This document shows, in pieces, positions 18,779 to 31,469 of a stretch of 64,000 bases of DNA (its first letter is position 1; every line of letters starts with the position of its first letter). The notes under the pieces are model-generated. The model was given only the letters and a program-made list of their open reading frames with translations, was not told the origin of the DNA and searched no databases. The DNA lies in NCBI GenBank assembly GCA_965153355.1, contig OZ231126.1:41664001-41728000 (forward strand), given 5' to 3'. Source of the stretch: Flaccisagitta enflata. Lineage: Eukaryota. Both the position numbers and the translations under genes were made by a program.

Positions 18779-19695
18779 TATCTTTAGCCCATGTAAACGT
18801 TAGTTTCGACTCTGGGATAGCTTTGTCTTGTAGAAATCTCTGACTGTCTGACGATGATAGACGCAAAGGAAATTAGGCGTAGATTGGAAAATGGCGTGAC
18901 GATGGTCTCTTTGATGTGGTAAAAATTTCAACAATCTGAGAGGGGAACAAAATGAAAGGGAAATTGGGCATTAAATGATGGTCAACCAATGCATGAAAAC
19001 AACATGAGATCAGGATAGACATGGACGGAAACAGCCAATAACAACATGTACATCTTATGCAGAAGCCATGAAGTCAGATCTGAACACTGCCCCCACCCTG
19101 CCCATCCCACTAAATTCATCCATGTCACCCCAATAATCAGTTGACCGGACAGACGATAAAAAACAGACGATAAAATGATAAAAACAGACAATAAAACAAT
19201 AAAAAGCCAGAAGACAAAAACAAGGATAAAATACTAAAACACTAAAATGATAAAACTTACTTTAGGCCCAATTTCCTTGGTTTCCCACCAGCGTCGTAAT
19301 CGTCATTAAGGTCAGATGTCCGTTCATATGTCTCTGAAATAAAAGAATGAGAGACTTATGAAAGACATGAAATTCCAAGGGCGCACATCATGAAAATCAA
19401 GCAAAATATCATACGTTCCATTAAGAAGCGATGCCATAACGATATGTACGCAATTAATAATTGAAGCATAAAAATATATGATGACGAAAAATGTAGAGAG
19501 AAAAATATGTGAGAACACGTAATTCCAATTTCAATAAAAGAGCAAGGCGAGATGGTTCAGAACCAGCGCACCATATGGAGAAAAATGGAAATGGCTAAAA
19601 AACAAATGGCATCGAATTGGAAAGAAAGAAGAAAGACGCATTCACTCCAAAGATCATCAGCACTCGCATACTTAAAAAATTCACACATTTCCACA
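18779..19695 (-). repeat. 5' LTR of the BEL/Pao element
   Basis: Direct repeat of 2471-3372, lying immediately upstream of gag on the minus strand. Confidence 0.92.
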
Positions 19696-20323
19696 CATGA
19701 AATTAAGCAAACTCGGCTTTTCTGGCACAAAACTTGAAAATTTGCATACAAGTATTTAATGTCATGTAGATCATGATTACAATAGGAGCAGGTCAAAAAA
19801 ATTTGAGCACCTATCTAAAAAATTCATTTAAAATTTTTAAAACCATACCATTGCCAAACCATCTAAATTGGGACAATGATATTTTACAAGCAAGAAAATA
19901 TGTGTTTTTTATACATCCATACCAAATTTCAGCTTTCTAGCTTTACTAAAAGCAGAAATATAGCCAATTTACTTTTGGATGTATTTTTCGCAAAAATGCC
20001 CCTTTTCCAAAAAAATGCAATCTTTATTTACAAAAGTAAATTGGCTATATCTCTGCTTCTAATAAAGCTAGATAGTTGACATTTGGTGTGAATATGTACA
20101 AAATACATATTTTTCAGCTCATCAAATTTCATTGCCCTCACTAAAGCGGTTTGGCGATGGCATGCTTATGAAAATTTTAAATGAATTGATAAGATAGGTG
20201 CTTAATTCTTTTTTAAGTGCACCTATCGTAGTCATGATCTACATGGCTTAAAATATTAGTATCCAAATTTTCATACTTTGTGCCGGAAAAGCCGAGTCCT
20301 TGCTTCAACAAACTGGACTACAA

Positions 20324-23300
20324 GATTAAAGATGCACAAAATATTACGCTGGAAAAAGATCAACAATGGTACATTTAATGGGAATAGACGATGGCATTTC
20401 ATTGAAATCACCTTCAACGGGGTGGAACGTATAGCCACTGGGGCTTTTCATGGGATGAACGAATTGAAGATATTGGATCTTTCAGCCAACAGATTGAGGG
20501 TCATTCACAGGGGCACGTTTTCATCACTTCCATTGCTTAAGCAATTATATCTACGTCGAAACGAATTGACGGAAATTGACGCAAATGCATTTTTGGATCT
20601 GCCGAACCTGAATATATTAAATTTGAATGACAATCGATTAATGACGATAGAATATGGTACCTTCCCTGAATCTTTACTAGAACTCCTACTGAAGTCCAAT
20701 GATATCTCAGCCTTCAATTATAGGTGGTTCAGAGGAAGAGAGAGGCTGAAATACCTTTTTCTGAATAACAACAGTATCAGTGACGTGGAATTTGACGGTT
20801 TTCGCAATTTACGCGAAATGAGTCTTTACGCAAATCAAGTATCATCTCTAGATTTTACGATTAATATAGATCGCCTTGATTGGCTTGATTTGAGGAAAAA
20901 CCAGCTAGAAGGAAATCAGAGGTGCTTAATCATGTTTTACAATAGCTTGACAAGACTTGATCTAAGTCATAATGCAATAACGAGATTCGAAATTACATAT
21001 TTTGAATCAAATAATAGATACAATCGAAATCGCGACATTCAAAACAAAGACAGGACGGGGGTTGAGGAACTGATTATTAATTATAACAAATTAAGCAGCA
21101 TCCCGACATTGCCCTATACCAAGGATGAATCAAATTTTGACGCTCGTGTGCCTTGTGATCTTCAAAATCTTCAAAATTGCAATATGACATATGGTGCGCC
21201 ATTGACAAAACTTGATGTTGAGCACAATGATATAAGAATGATTCCAAAAAATTACCTGAACATCCTGAATAAAATCAATGAAAATAAATTGAGAGACAAC
21301 CCATGGCAATGTAGCTGCGAGGAAGAGATGAGGTACCTGATAGATTTTTTGCTACTACATGATGTGGTGCCTTGCTGCCCAGAAGGCTGCAACTGTCAAA
21401 CCGATCGAAAGTATTACATTTCCATTGATTGTCCCAATAGACACTTCGATTCGTTTCCTGAATGTCTACCTTTCCACCAAGTAGCGATCAATTATGCAGG
21501 AAATAATCTCCACAATATTACTTTTACAAAGTTCCACGAAAATATAACTTCAATGCGGCTGGAGGATAACAACATCTCATTCATCGGCGGGGCAAAATAT
21601 CTACAAAAATTGACTGAGATTGACTTAAGAAGGAATCTCCTTAAATCTATACCCGACTTCCAGAAAACGACAAAGGTACAAATGGAAGGCAACCCTATCC
21701 TTTGTGATGAATGCGATCAAATGCACACGTTGAACCACATTTCTTACATCACAAACTCTGTCACCGAGTGCGCTGGGAATCAGACTTTCAACTTTGTGAG
21801 AGTTTACCTCAATTGTCATTTGCTCGAAATTGTTACCCCTATTTTTGCCATTCTCGTGGTTATGTTCGTCTTACATGCAGCGCACAACCGGCATCGCAAA
21901 ATGAAACTTGAAAGGAAGTATGACCAAAAAACATACAGTCGAATTCATCTGAAAGAAAGAAGGTCTGAGTTTGACAAGGAATGCACAATTCGCAAAGCCA
22001 TCTCTCATGAGAGGATCAGACGCCTGAAACGTGCGATGGTGATACAAGGAATGACGGAAACGAGAGGAATTATTTTCATGGAGAAGGCCGAGTGCAGCTT
22101 GAAAGAGTATTTTACTCGAGGATCATTGGCATTGGGTGCTGAATTTAACCCAGCAGAATTGATCAAAGATCTACTCTCCGCTACCAGTTACTTGCACTCG
22201 GAGAAGAAAATCATTCATGGAAAAATCGATTCGAGTTCTGTTTTCTTGAAATTGAATTCAGCAAAATCCCAATGGAATCTAAAAATCTGTGATTTCCAAA
22301 ATGCGCGCTATTACGCAGATACAACTGAGAATGCCAAGAGAGATTTGATCGATGAACTGAATTCAGCTGCAAATGTGATCTTTTGTTTACTCATGGGTAA
22401 GGAAAGAAAAATCATACATCACAAAGATTTGGAGCAACTGCCAAACGTCGATTATGCCATTGTCATTCTTTCCTTACTAAAAGGATTTTCCGCTTCCAAA
22501 GCGCTTAAGATTCCACCATTCCGAGAAGTAAACAAAAGATTATCATACTTGGCAAAACTGGATAAAAACAGGATTTTGATGATCTCAAAGGAAATGTTTA
22601 GAGTCGATGGAAAATCAGTCTGGAGCACTTCGGCATCATCGATACGCGGGGAATTTACCATTCTCCAAGAAACTCTAGACGTAGATATCCTCCCCTTTGT
22701 CTTACACCTTGCCTACGATCTATTTGAGATTCCAATCAATGACGTGAGTGCTATTGAATATTTTCTGAAAGATATTGCCTTGAATAAACATTCTGCGCAA
22801 TGGACACAATTGAATCAAACTTCTGTCATTCTTACTATCGACAGAATGGGAAATTGGATTCCCAAAATTGACCCGGAACTTGCTTCTTCATTTCCCTCTA
22901 ATGAGATCAAGATGCCAGAAGAAGGGCAACACAACTCCATCGCGTCACTCATTTATTTCTTCATGACGTGGACCACGAGAGAAACAAAACCTGAAATGGA
23001 TGATTTTCTAAATTCGTCTCATATTGAGATGGGAATCCTCATACTAGCCTTACAAGAGGGACTGTCGCCCCGAGAGGCCTTACTAACCCCGCCTTTCCAA
23101 AATGAAATGAAGAAAAAGTATTTGCTTGAAGAACTGAATGCGTTCGTCAAAACCCTCAGAGGTGAAATGGGCAAGAGAGCTCGAATCGCACAGGCTAAAG
23201 CACGAGAGAAGTTGGAGAGGAATTCTCCACTCGTTATAGGCGGGAAAGGTGCTTGGAACGTGGGAGTCATGGCGGAAATCCTGAATGATTTCGCCTCAAA

Positions 23301-23829
23301 TGGCGGGCGAAGGTACGATCTCGTCACTTTCGCCGATTTGCTGAGAATCATTCGCAACATTTTCCAGCACGGACAAGAAAACCCAAAAGCCATGCTCGCC
23401 GCTTTTGGTAGGGCAAACCCATCCGCGATGGAAATGATGGAAAAATTCCATTCTCTATTTCCGTTTCTCTACTTGCACGCACTCAGCTGCTTTACGGAGT
23501 TGGTGGAACAAAGATCTGTACCGAAACTTTACCTGGATATATTTGACAAGTTTGAAACGGAATTGTGTAACCGAGGAATGACCGACGGTTCAATTTTGCC
23601 TTTGAAGAGAGATAGCAAAATCATAATGAGCTTTGAATCGGCGGATTTGGACGCGACTAAGGCCGAAATTGTGTTTGAAGGTCGGACGCATTCCTGCGTT
23701 GACTTTTACGTGGATGTTTTTCCTCAACTGCTCAAGATGTCAACGCGATTATGGCCAGATGTGCCCTCAGAATCGCTTCTCGTCAGATGTTGCGACAGAA
23801 CCATTCAGATCCATAAGCCAACAGCAGAG
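20324..23829 (+). CDS. Main coding segment: LRRs, LRRCT, LRRNT, LRRs, LRRCT, TM, pseudokinase, degenerate KEN, KEN ribonuclease
   Basis: 3.5-kb stop-free frame. Typical LxxLxLxxNxL repeats; DNPWQCSC (~21295); CCPEGCNC (~21373); GNPILCDEC (~21688); TM IVTPIFAILVVMFVL (~21830-21875); kinase-like IIHGKIDSSSVFL and LKICDFQ; KEN motif RRYDLVTFADLLRIIRNIFQH (23308-23370). GT donor at 23830 (GAG|GTAAAT). Confidence 0.9.
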
Positions 23830-24049
23830 GTAAATATAATAAGATCTTTCATAACTTTTTTTTCTCTATATTATAAAAAAATCTACATATTCAGCATCAG
23901 AATGAATCTTTTAAATCATTGTGGTCGCAACGCCATTTCCACGTAAGGCATACGCCGACGCCACCAATTTTCATACTAGAGGTTCAAGCTCTGATAACAA
24001 TTTCACCATCGACGGGGAAAAGAATAAATATTGAATATCAAATATTCAG

Positions 24050-24227
24050 GTGGCAAATTCGTTGTGGTGGGAGTCGACAACTGATCTGCACACCAACGCC
24101 ACGACTTCAAAAGCTGAGTTCCAACGCGCCATCGGCAGGCCCAAAGTCTTTGTTTCTGAGGGATCGACGATTCAAGTCATGAAACCCGAACTCAAAGTCG
24201 AGTTTCTTCCCGTTGTCTCCCATTCAG
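24050..24227 (+). CDS. Internal exon of the LRR-kinase-KEN receptor (VANSLWWE...LKVEFLPVVSHS)
   Basis: Acceptor TTCAG at 24045-24049 and donor GTTCGT at 24228. Phase 0 entry matches the upstream donor and the frame is open. Confidence 0.7.
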
Positions 24228-24306
24228 GTTCGTATTGGAATGCTTTATGAATTGAAGATTCAAAATGTGTCGCAACTTGCTTTAACACACTCGATTTTTA
24301 GATATA

Positions 24307-24894
24307 CAGGGTGTATCATGCCAAATTAGATATAAGAAAACGATGGCATTCTGCTTCTGAAAGTGCAAAAATAATTTTGAAAAAATATTCAAAGAGCACA
24401 TGAGCTCCGGTTTTTTGTGTAGAAATTTCATGGGTCTGGGTCAAATATTGTAGCCACAATATCAATTTGAAATAAATTGAGCATTTAGAGGAGAAGCACT
24501 TTGAACATGATTTTGATTCTGAAAGTTTTTTTTTAATTGCTCTCATTTCTAAACGACTTAAGTTACAGATGCCAGATTGGTCCCAAATTAAAGCTTGTCA
24601 AATTTTCTTTAATTTGAGACCAATCTAGCAAATGTGGCTCAAGCCGTTTAGAAATGAGAGCAATTCAAAGAAAAGCTTTCAGCATCACAATCATATCCAA
24701 AAAGCTTGTCCTCTAGATGCTCAGTTCACTTCAAATTAATGTTGTGGCTAGAATGTTTGACCCAGACTCATAAAATTTTTACAGAAAAAACCGGAGCTTG
24801 TATACTCTTTGAATCTTTTTTCAGATTTATTTTTGCACTTTTAGAAGCAGAATGCCATCGTTTTCTTATATCTAATTTGGCATGATACACCCTG
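24307..24894. mobile_element. Tc1/mariner-type MITE in receptor intron
   Basis: TA-CAGGGTGTATCATGCCAAATTAGATATAAG ... CTTATATCTAATTTGGCATGATACACCCTG-TA; nearly whole-length palindrome; TA TSD. Confidence 0.9.
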
Positions 24895-25134
24895 TATTTG
24901 CAAAATGTGGATTTTTTAGATGGCTCATGTAGTTAATTTCATGTTTGCATTGAATCGGCGTCATTATAGGCATTTTTTTTTATGTTCTCGAAATGCACTT
25001 CGATAATTCGCAATTTCATTGAATTTACCTAAACCGACAAGTGAAATGGAAAAAAAATGTTGTTCTGATGATATCCTTTAATCATCAAGCAATTTTACAT
25101 AACAATTGTTTATTCATGAGCGACCAGTTTTATA

Positions 25135-25338
25135 AACAAGGCCGGATACACGGCTACCCCAGTCGCGGCCAAAATTGAGTACACCAGATTATTTGGGCAG
25201 GAGCAGTGAGGCCAAAAACCGCAAAAAAAACGACAAAAAAGAAAAGTGTGACCGACGGGCGGACGGAAGGACGGACCGACGGACGGACCGACGGACCGAC
25301 AAAGCGGAGTGTAGAGTCGCGTAGCACCCGACTAAAAA
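25135..25338 (+). mobile_element. DINE-1/HINE-like element in receptor intron
   Basis: AACAAGGCCGGATACACGG ... (GACG/GACC)n ... AGTCGCGTAGCACCCGACTAAAAA. Confidence 0.65.
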
Positions 25339-25362
25339 GTTAACCTTTATCCTCATATGCAG

Positions 25363-25661
25363 ATCTGTCTGGAGAGACCGTTCTGAAGAGCTTCAAGCAG
25401 ACGGACAAAGTTTCGGCCATAAAAGGTTTTGCCATTGATCGTCTCAAGAAGCGTATTTCTCCCTCTGCGTCTGTGGACTCGGCGCAAATTGTAGTCACTT
25501 GTGAAAACACAAGACTCAAAGATGGTCAGAAACTGGTTGACTTTGTCTCTCCATGTTTCCGAACTCTCACCGTTAAGTATCCAGAAAATGGGATTACTTT
25601 TCCACCAAGAAACTTGTCGCCAGTGTCCGATGAATTTTCTTTATCTATGTTCCATTTATAG
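25363..25661 (+). CDS. Terminal exon encoding a ubiquitin-like domain (DLSGETVLKSFKQTDKVSAIK...RLKDGQKLVDF...TLTVKY)
   Basis: Acceptor TGCAG at 25358-25362. Phase 1 matches the previous donor, and the frame is open to TAG at 25659-25661. The pattern aligns by eye with ubiquitin (TLTGKTITL..SDTIENVK..QLEDGRTLSDY..TLHLV). Confidence 0.7.
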
Positions 25662-25978
25662 TCGCGGACACGCGACTCTAGAACTTGCCGTGTCGGTCGG
25701 TCTGTCGGTCGGTCGGTCCCTAACGTTTTTATAATTGCGAGCACTTTTCGCAAAACAGCCCCTGCCCAACCGTCCGCGACTGTATTGCCGTGTATCCGGC
25801 CTTGTTTGTAGTGGCGTGCATGAGCCCTAGGAGCTTAATTTGTCAGTCCGTCCCTCGGTCCGTTGGTCAGTCCATCAGTCCCTCAGTTCTCGCAAGTGGT
25901 TGCCATTGCCCATCTACACACTACATTTTGGCTTGCTCTAGATAAGAAATGTCACTCTCTCCTATTTTGTTGCACTGA

Positions 25979-26203
25979 GGGCGTGTTTCTAGTGAGCGCC
26001 AAAAACGCGTTTGTTCCCGTGAGACGCGTTCACAGTGTGAACACATATTCAGAATTTCAACAGTCCCACGAGGGAGTGAGCTTCGTGAGTGAGCGAGCGT
26101 AGCGAAGCGGAGCACTGCGGAGCGAGTTAGCGGAGTGAGCGGTGCGAGCGAACGAACAAGTGGCCATTTCAAAACGCGATCTTCTTTGACTAGAAACGCC
26201 CCC
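25979..26203. mobile_element. Small MITE, possibly PIF/Harbinger-like
   Basis: Inverted ends GGGCGTGTTTCTAGT and ACTAGAAACGCCCCC; internal GAGCGA-type repeats. Confidence 0.5.
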
Positions 26204-26713
26204 TAAAACGTGAACGGTTTCCACCGTAATTGAAAGATGTAAGTAATCTGCGCCTTGTGGTTGATTAAATGAAAGCGTAACCAACGGATTCGTTATTGTA
26301 TGACATATGATTGTCATTGTATGCATTTACGTTTGAACCAACCGATCCACTAACAGATACGTAATTCTATGACATGTAATTGTAATTGGATTAATGGATG
26401 CATTTACGATTGAATCGACCCATCAACTTACTGACGCATATTTGCACGACATGTAATTGTAGTTAATTACATTCATGTTTGAATTTTTTTCCCAAATTGT
26501 CTTACACTAGAATGCATAGTCGATAGCAAATTAGTTACAACCTTCCCGTGGCGAGTTCGGATATTTGGTCCCTCTGCCCATGCTTTGGTGCATGACTTTC
26601 GCTTTCTCCATCCCTCCGTCTCTGTGACTGACTCTCTGACTTTATGTTTGTTTTTTTCTTGTCATTCTGTCTTTCTTCCTGATGAACTATCTTTCTGTCT
26701 GTATGTCTGGCTG

Positions 26714-26828
<115 letters not shown>

Positions 26829-27207
26829 TGAGCGTGTGGTTGCACGTTCATGTACACAAATACTTTCTTCTTTTTCGTTATCGCACCAAAAACCCGCAAC
26901 GAATTGAATCTAGGCAAAAGAGAGAATGAGGGAAAACACACCATCGCAATTGAGCTCCTAATCGATTCTCAAGTACGAAAACCAGATGTTTTTTCTCTCT
27001 TTGCTTTCTCCAACTCCCCTCTTTTATTCTTTTTCTTCTTCTGAATTTTTTTCATTCTTTGCTTCTTCTTCTTCCACACTTGATTCTTTTATTCCAGTTG
27101 AACCTTTTTACCTATTGAAGTCCAAAGGTCCAATAATCCGTACTTTTATTCCAGCAGACTGGCTATCGAAGACAGATTGAGTTATAGTTGATCCAGTGAC
27201 AACTTAA

Positions 27208-28740
27208 GGTTAATGTCATAGAAAAGGGTCCGTGGACGGAGTGAAATCCATCAATTTTAAAATGTTGAAAATTGAACAGAACCATACATCATCATGTAGC
27301 TAGCCTTATATCATGTATGAATTGATACTTGGATTTTCTTATGTGAGCTCATTTTTCATGCAAATTAGGCCCAATTACACATTTTTTGCAAACGTACTAA
27401 TAATAAATTTAGTTAAATACAATGAAGAAATCAATATGACAGTAAAATTCTTGATGAATATGTTCAAGCAATCATTTGTGATCATGTTTCTGAATTTTTC
27501 AAAAAAATTTTGAGTTTTTTGAAAAAATCTCTATAAGTACCATTTCTGGCTGGGTGGGTTGTTGGAGGAAAAAAATTTTTTGCCAAGTTCTGTTTCATGC
27601 CAGTGATGAGGCATCTTTAACGGAAGCTTCATGCAAAATTTCAACCAGATCGGACAATTATTTCAAAAGTTATGCCGTTTTTTCAATTTTTTTTCTGGTA
27701 GGTTGGTTGGTCTGTCTGGACTCCTCGGCATTCTTTAAGACACACCAGAATATAGGTGAAGAACCCTCTTGATCTAGGTAACAACCATGCAAAATTTCGT
27801 TGGGCTAGCTCAAATAGTTTTTGGGATAAGCCGATTTGAATTTTAAGTTATTTTACTAAATTGAGGCACAAAAGCATCGCGCCTTTGTGTGAGAAGCGCT
27901 GTGTGGAAACAAAGAATTAACTACGAGGCTTCGTCGGCGAGCGTTACAATTCACTCCCTATTTCAGTACTGATCAACTTTGTAATTTCATTGTGACCAAA
28001 CGAATTAGAGTTAAGACTTGAAATTTTAGGTGTAGATACAGAATTTCACCATCTTACTCATCATGTAGATGAATTTTCTATTAATCATGTTACTATGCCT
28101 TGACAGAGTATGAATCATAGTGTGACACAAGTGTGACACCACCAACAAGGAGCACCTTTGAATTGTAACGCTCTAGGAAAATGTTGATTTCTCCAAAATG
28201 AAATGGAAAAAATCCTTGAAATTTGGAGGATATGTCGTTCAACTAGTTGTTAATGCAATGACAAAAGAAAAAATGCTTAATGTTTGAACAATCATAGCTT
28301 ACAAAAAAAACTGTCGGCTTATCTCATTTTGAGAAAATAATGACAGAAAAATGAAGGGGAAGAGTGTTATGATTTGTAGTCATTTTTTTTTGTCCTACAG
28401 TTGAGTTATTGAGTCCAAATTTTTTGCACATATCAATGGATGGATAGAGATGGCTTACAAGCTATGGGATAACTCTGCTTGACATTTTTTGATTGCTTAA
28501 ACAAGCTTTTTGCTTACAGGGACAAAATCGGGACAGGCCAAAAAAGGCCCTTCTAGCCCTGTTTTGGATCCCATAGGGGCAGTTGGAGGAGCAAAAATTG
28601 AATTGGCATGGCGCACCATGTAGTTAGGTATGTCACCCAACCTTTGTGACCCTATTTAATGCAACAGCAGAAGCGATGACACTTCTACAATGGTGGAGAG
28701 TCAGGGTTTCTTGGGCGGACCCCGATGCGCGGAATTAACC
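27208..28740. mobile_element. Non-autonomous DNA transposon with TTAA TSD and GG...CC ends (Kolobok-like)
   Basis: TTAA|GGTTAAT...GGGTCCG at the left and CGGACCCC...ATTAACC|TTAA at the right; no ORF. Confidence 0.55.
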
Positions 28741-28961
28741 TTAAAGCATTTGCACTCGCAGCTGCCAATAAAAAGCGCTTTAACCGGCAAAATGTGGAGT
28801 GGTCAAATTTGGAGATAATTGGATATAGACCAAAAGACAAACAAGCACAGTGTCCCCAATAGCAAGCAAGTGTATGAGCCAGTCATCTAAGGATCGTGGA
28901 TCGTGGTCAGCGGTTTCCAAAGCCCGGCTCAATTGATTTGACACAGGAATGGGGCAGCAGA

Positions 28962-29205
<244 letters not shown>

Positions 29206-30359
29206 GACAGACGGAGACAGACGGAGACTGGGAGAGCGAGGCCATTGCAAAGCCATCGGTGCCAATTTCATTGCCTCAAAAACGGGAGAAATTGATTTTC
29301 GGTTTCTCGAAATGATGTCAACTTATCCATTTTTCGATAATGGACTCGCCAAGAAAGAAACAGATGGCAGCCCAAAGGCAGTATGTGGTCAGCGGTAACC
29401 CGTGCCCTGAAAAAGTGGTTAGTGACTAAAGTTGAGATGGAGTGGGGCAGCGGCCATGAAAGTTACAAAGTCCAGTAGAACAAAGGGGGAATCTTTCCAA
29501 GAAAACTAAAAATCCCATTGAATAACGTGAAAAGTTGACTCAAGATGAAAATTGAAAAAGATGAAAAATTTACCCAGAAAAAGAAGAAAACGTGAAAATC
29601 ACCATAGAATTACGTGGAAATAAAGAAGAAAGAATTGTAAATGCTACAAAAATTCTCATTGAAAAACATGGAGAAAATTTAATTTTTTTGAATGGGCTCA
29701 AAAGAAACGAATTCCTGTAGCTGGGGGGCAGACAGATGTATGGACAGATGGACAGACAGATTCCCCTGTATTCTCAGTGACTTGATCCCCTATTGAGGCT
29801 GATGCACAAACAAGCAAACAAACAAAGTAAACTGAAAGAAAGAAAGAAAGAAAGAAAAAATGAAACAAATGAACAAAGAAACAAAGAAACAGAAAAACAA
29901 AGAAAGAAAGTAAGAAAGAAAGAAAGAAAGAAATAAGGAAATCTATTAAAAGGGAAAGAAAGAAAAGGCGATAGGGTGAAAGAGAGAAAGAAAGCAAAAA
30001 AGAAAAATACAAGTGACACGGGGTGACAATATCGTTGCGGACGGGTGGGCAGGGGCATCCAACCCCCATCCACACCTCAGACCCCCTCACACACACTAAC
30101 ATACCCAAAAAGTATCTACAATGCTTGTTTTTGACTCGATCATTACGAACGGACCAACGAAACCAACGGACAGACAAGGCCTTCTATAGAGTTGCGTGTC
30201 CGCAATTAAAAAGAAAAAACAAACAACCACAAACAACCACAAACACAAAAACACAAAAACACAAAAATTACCAACTGATAAACAAAGAAACAAAAACACT
30301 CTGTGCCGCTCCAATGTAAAGGTGGCTTACAATTCCAACTATCCCAAAAGTTGGTTATT

Positions 30360-30990
30360 ATTGCTCAGAATGGTGGACAGGGACCAGACAAACATGAAAC
30401 TAGAAAAAAAGAATACATTTGGGGGGTCAGGGGGTCCCCAGGGGACTATTTTGGGGTGATTTCACGGCCCGGCGACTAATATTATGAGTTTTAGAGCATT
30501 CAAGCTTATTTCTTTGGTCAGAATGGTGGACAGGGACCAGACAAACATACAACTAGAAAAAAAATACTTGTCAGGGGTCCCAGGGGTCCAGGGGGCTATT
30601 ATGGGGGATATCATGGCCCGGCAACTAAAATCATCGAAAATCTTGATTTTAGAGCATTCAAGCTTATTTCTTTGGTCAGAATGGTGGACAGGGACCAGAC
30701 AAACATACAACTAGAAACAAAATACATTTGGGGTCCCCAGAGGGTCCCCAGGGCTATTATGGGGCAATTTCATGGCCCGGCAATTAAAATCATTGAAAAT
30801 CTTGATTTTTAGAGCATTCAAGCTTATTTCTTTAGTAAAGAATTGTGACTAAGCACCATCAAAGTAAACCTTAATTAGTAAAATATATTCAAGGAGGTCT
30901 GGGGGCCCCAGGGAACTGTTTCTGGGGCCATTTCATGGCGCGGCAACTAAAAAACATCAAATTTAGATTTTTAGAGCATTTAAGTTTATG
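30360..30990 (+). repeat. ~150-bp tandem repeat, about 4 copies
   Basis: Recurring CAGAATGGTGGACAGGGACCAGACAAACAT...TTTTAGAGCATTCAAGCTTATTTC. Confidence 0.85.
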
Positions 30991-31409
30991 CTTATTAACA
31001 GCGATGTATGGCAGCTTGGAGCCTAGGGACTTCAAAGCCAATTCCAAGCACGACAGCAAATCTAAGCACGACAGCCTTTTTACTGATTTGCTATGATTTC
31101 TATGCTTTCTAAGCCAATACTAGACAAAACATAACAAATAAACGAGTGATTCTCATCTAGATGGTTATTTCTTTTTCAAATAGATCTGTTTTCCATTGAT
31201 TCATACTTTTTAATGTATTGTGCAAAAAAAGTATCTAGAAAAACTGTCAGGTAGGTGAGGGCAAAGCATAATAATCATTATCACATATCAATCAAGCCCA
31301 TGCCTCATTTCGTTTTGCAAACTAGTTTATTACTTCCCCAGGAGGATTTGATTCAATGTAGTTTTTCTGTTGAGTTTATCTGTCAGTCTGTTTGTCTGTC
31401 TGTCTGCCA

Positions 31410-31469
<60 letters not shown>

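Noticed and set aside
20278-20323. N-terminus MCRKSRVLASTNWTT of the 1222-aa ORF as the true start
   Set aside because: It starts at TTG and lies in the MITE right arm. There is no signal peptide, and the real N-terminus is at 1385/1403.
23830-23946. Hydrophobic tail VNIIRSFITFFSLYY… as a second TM segment
   Set aside because: AT-rich read-through into an intron starting at a good donor (GAG|GTAAAT), with phase-matched downstream exons.
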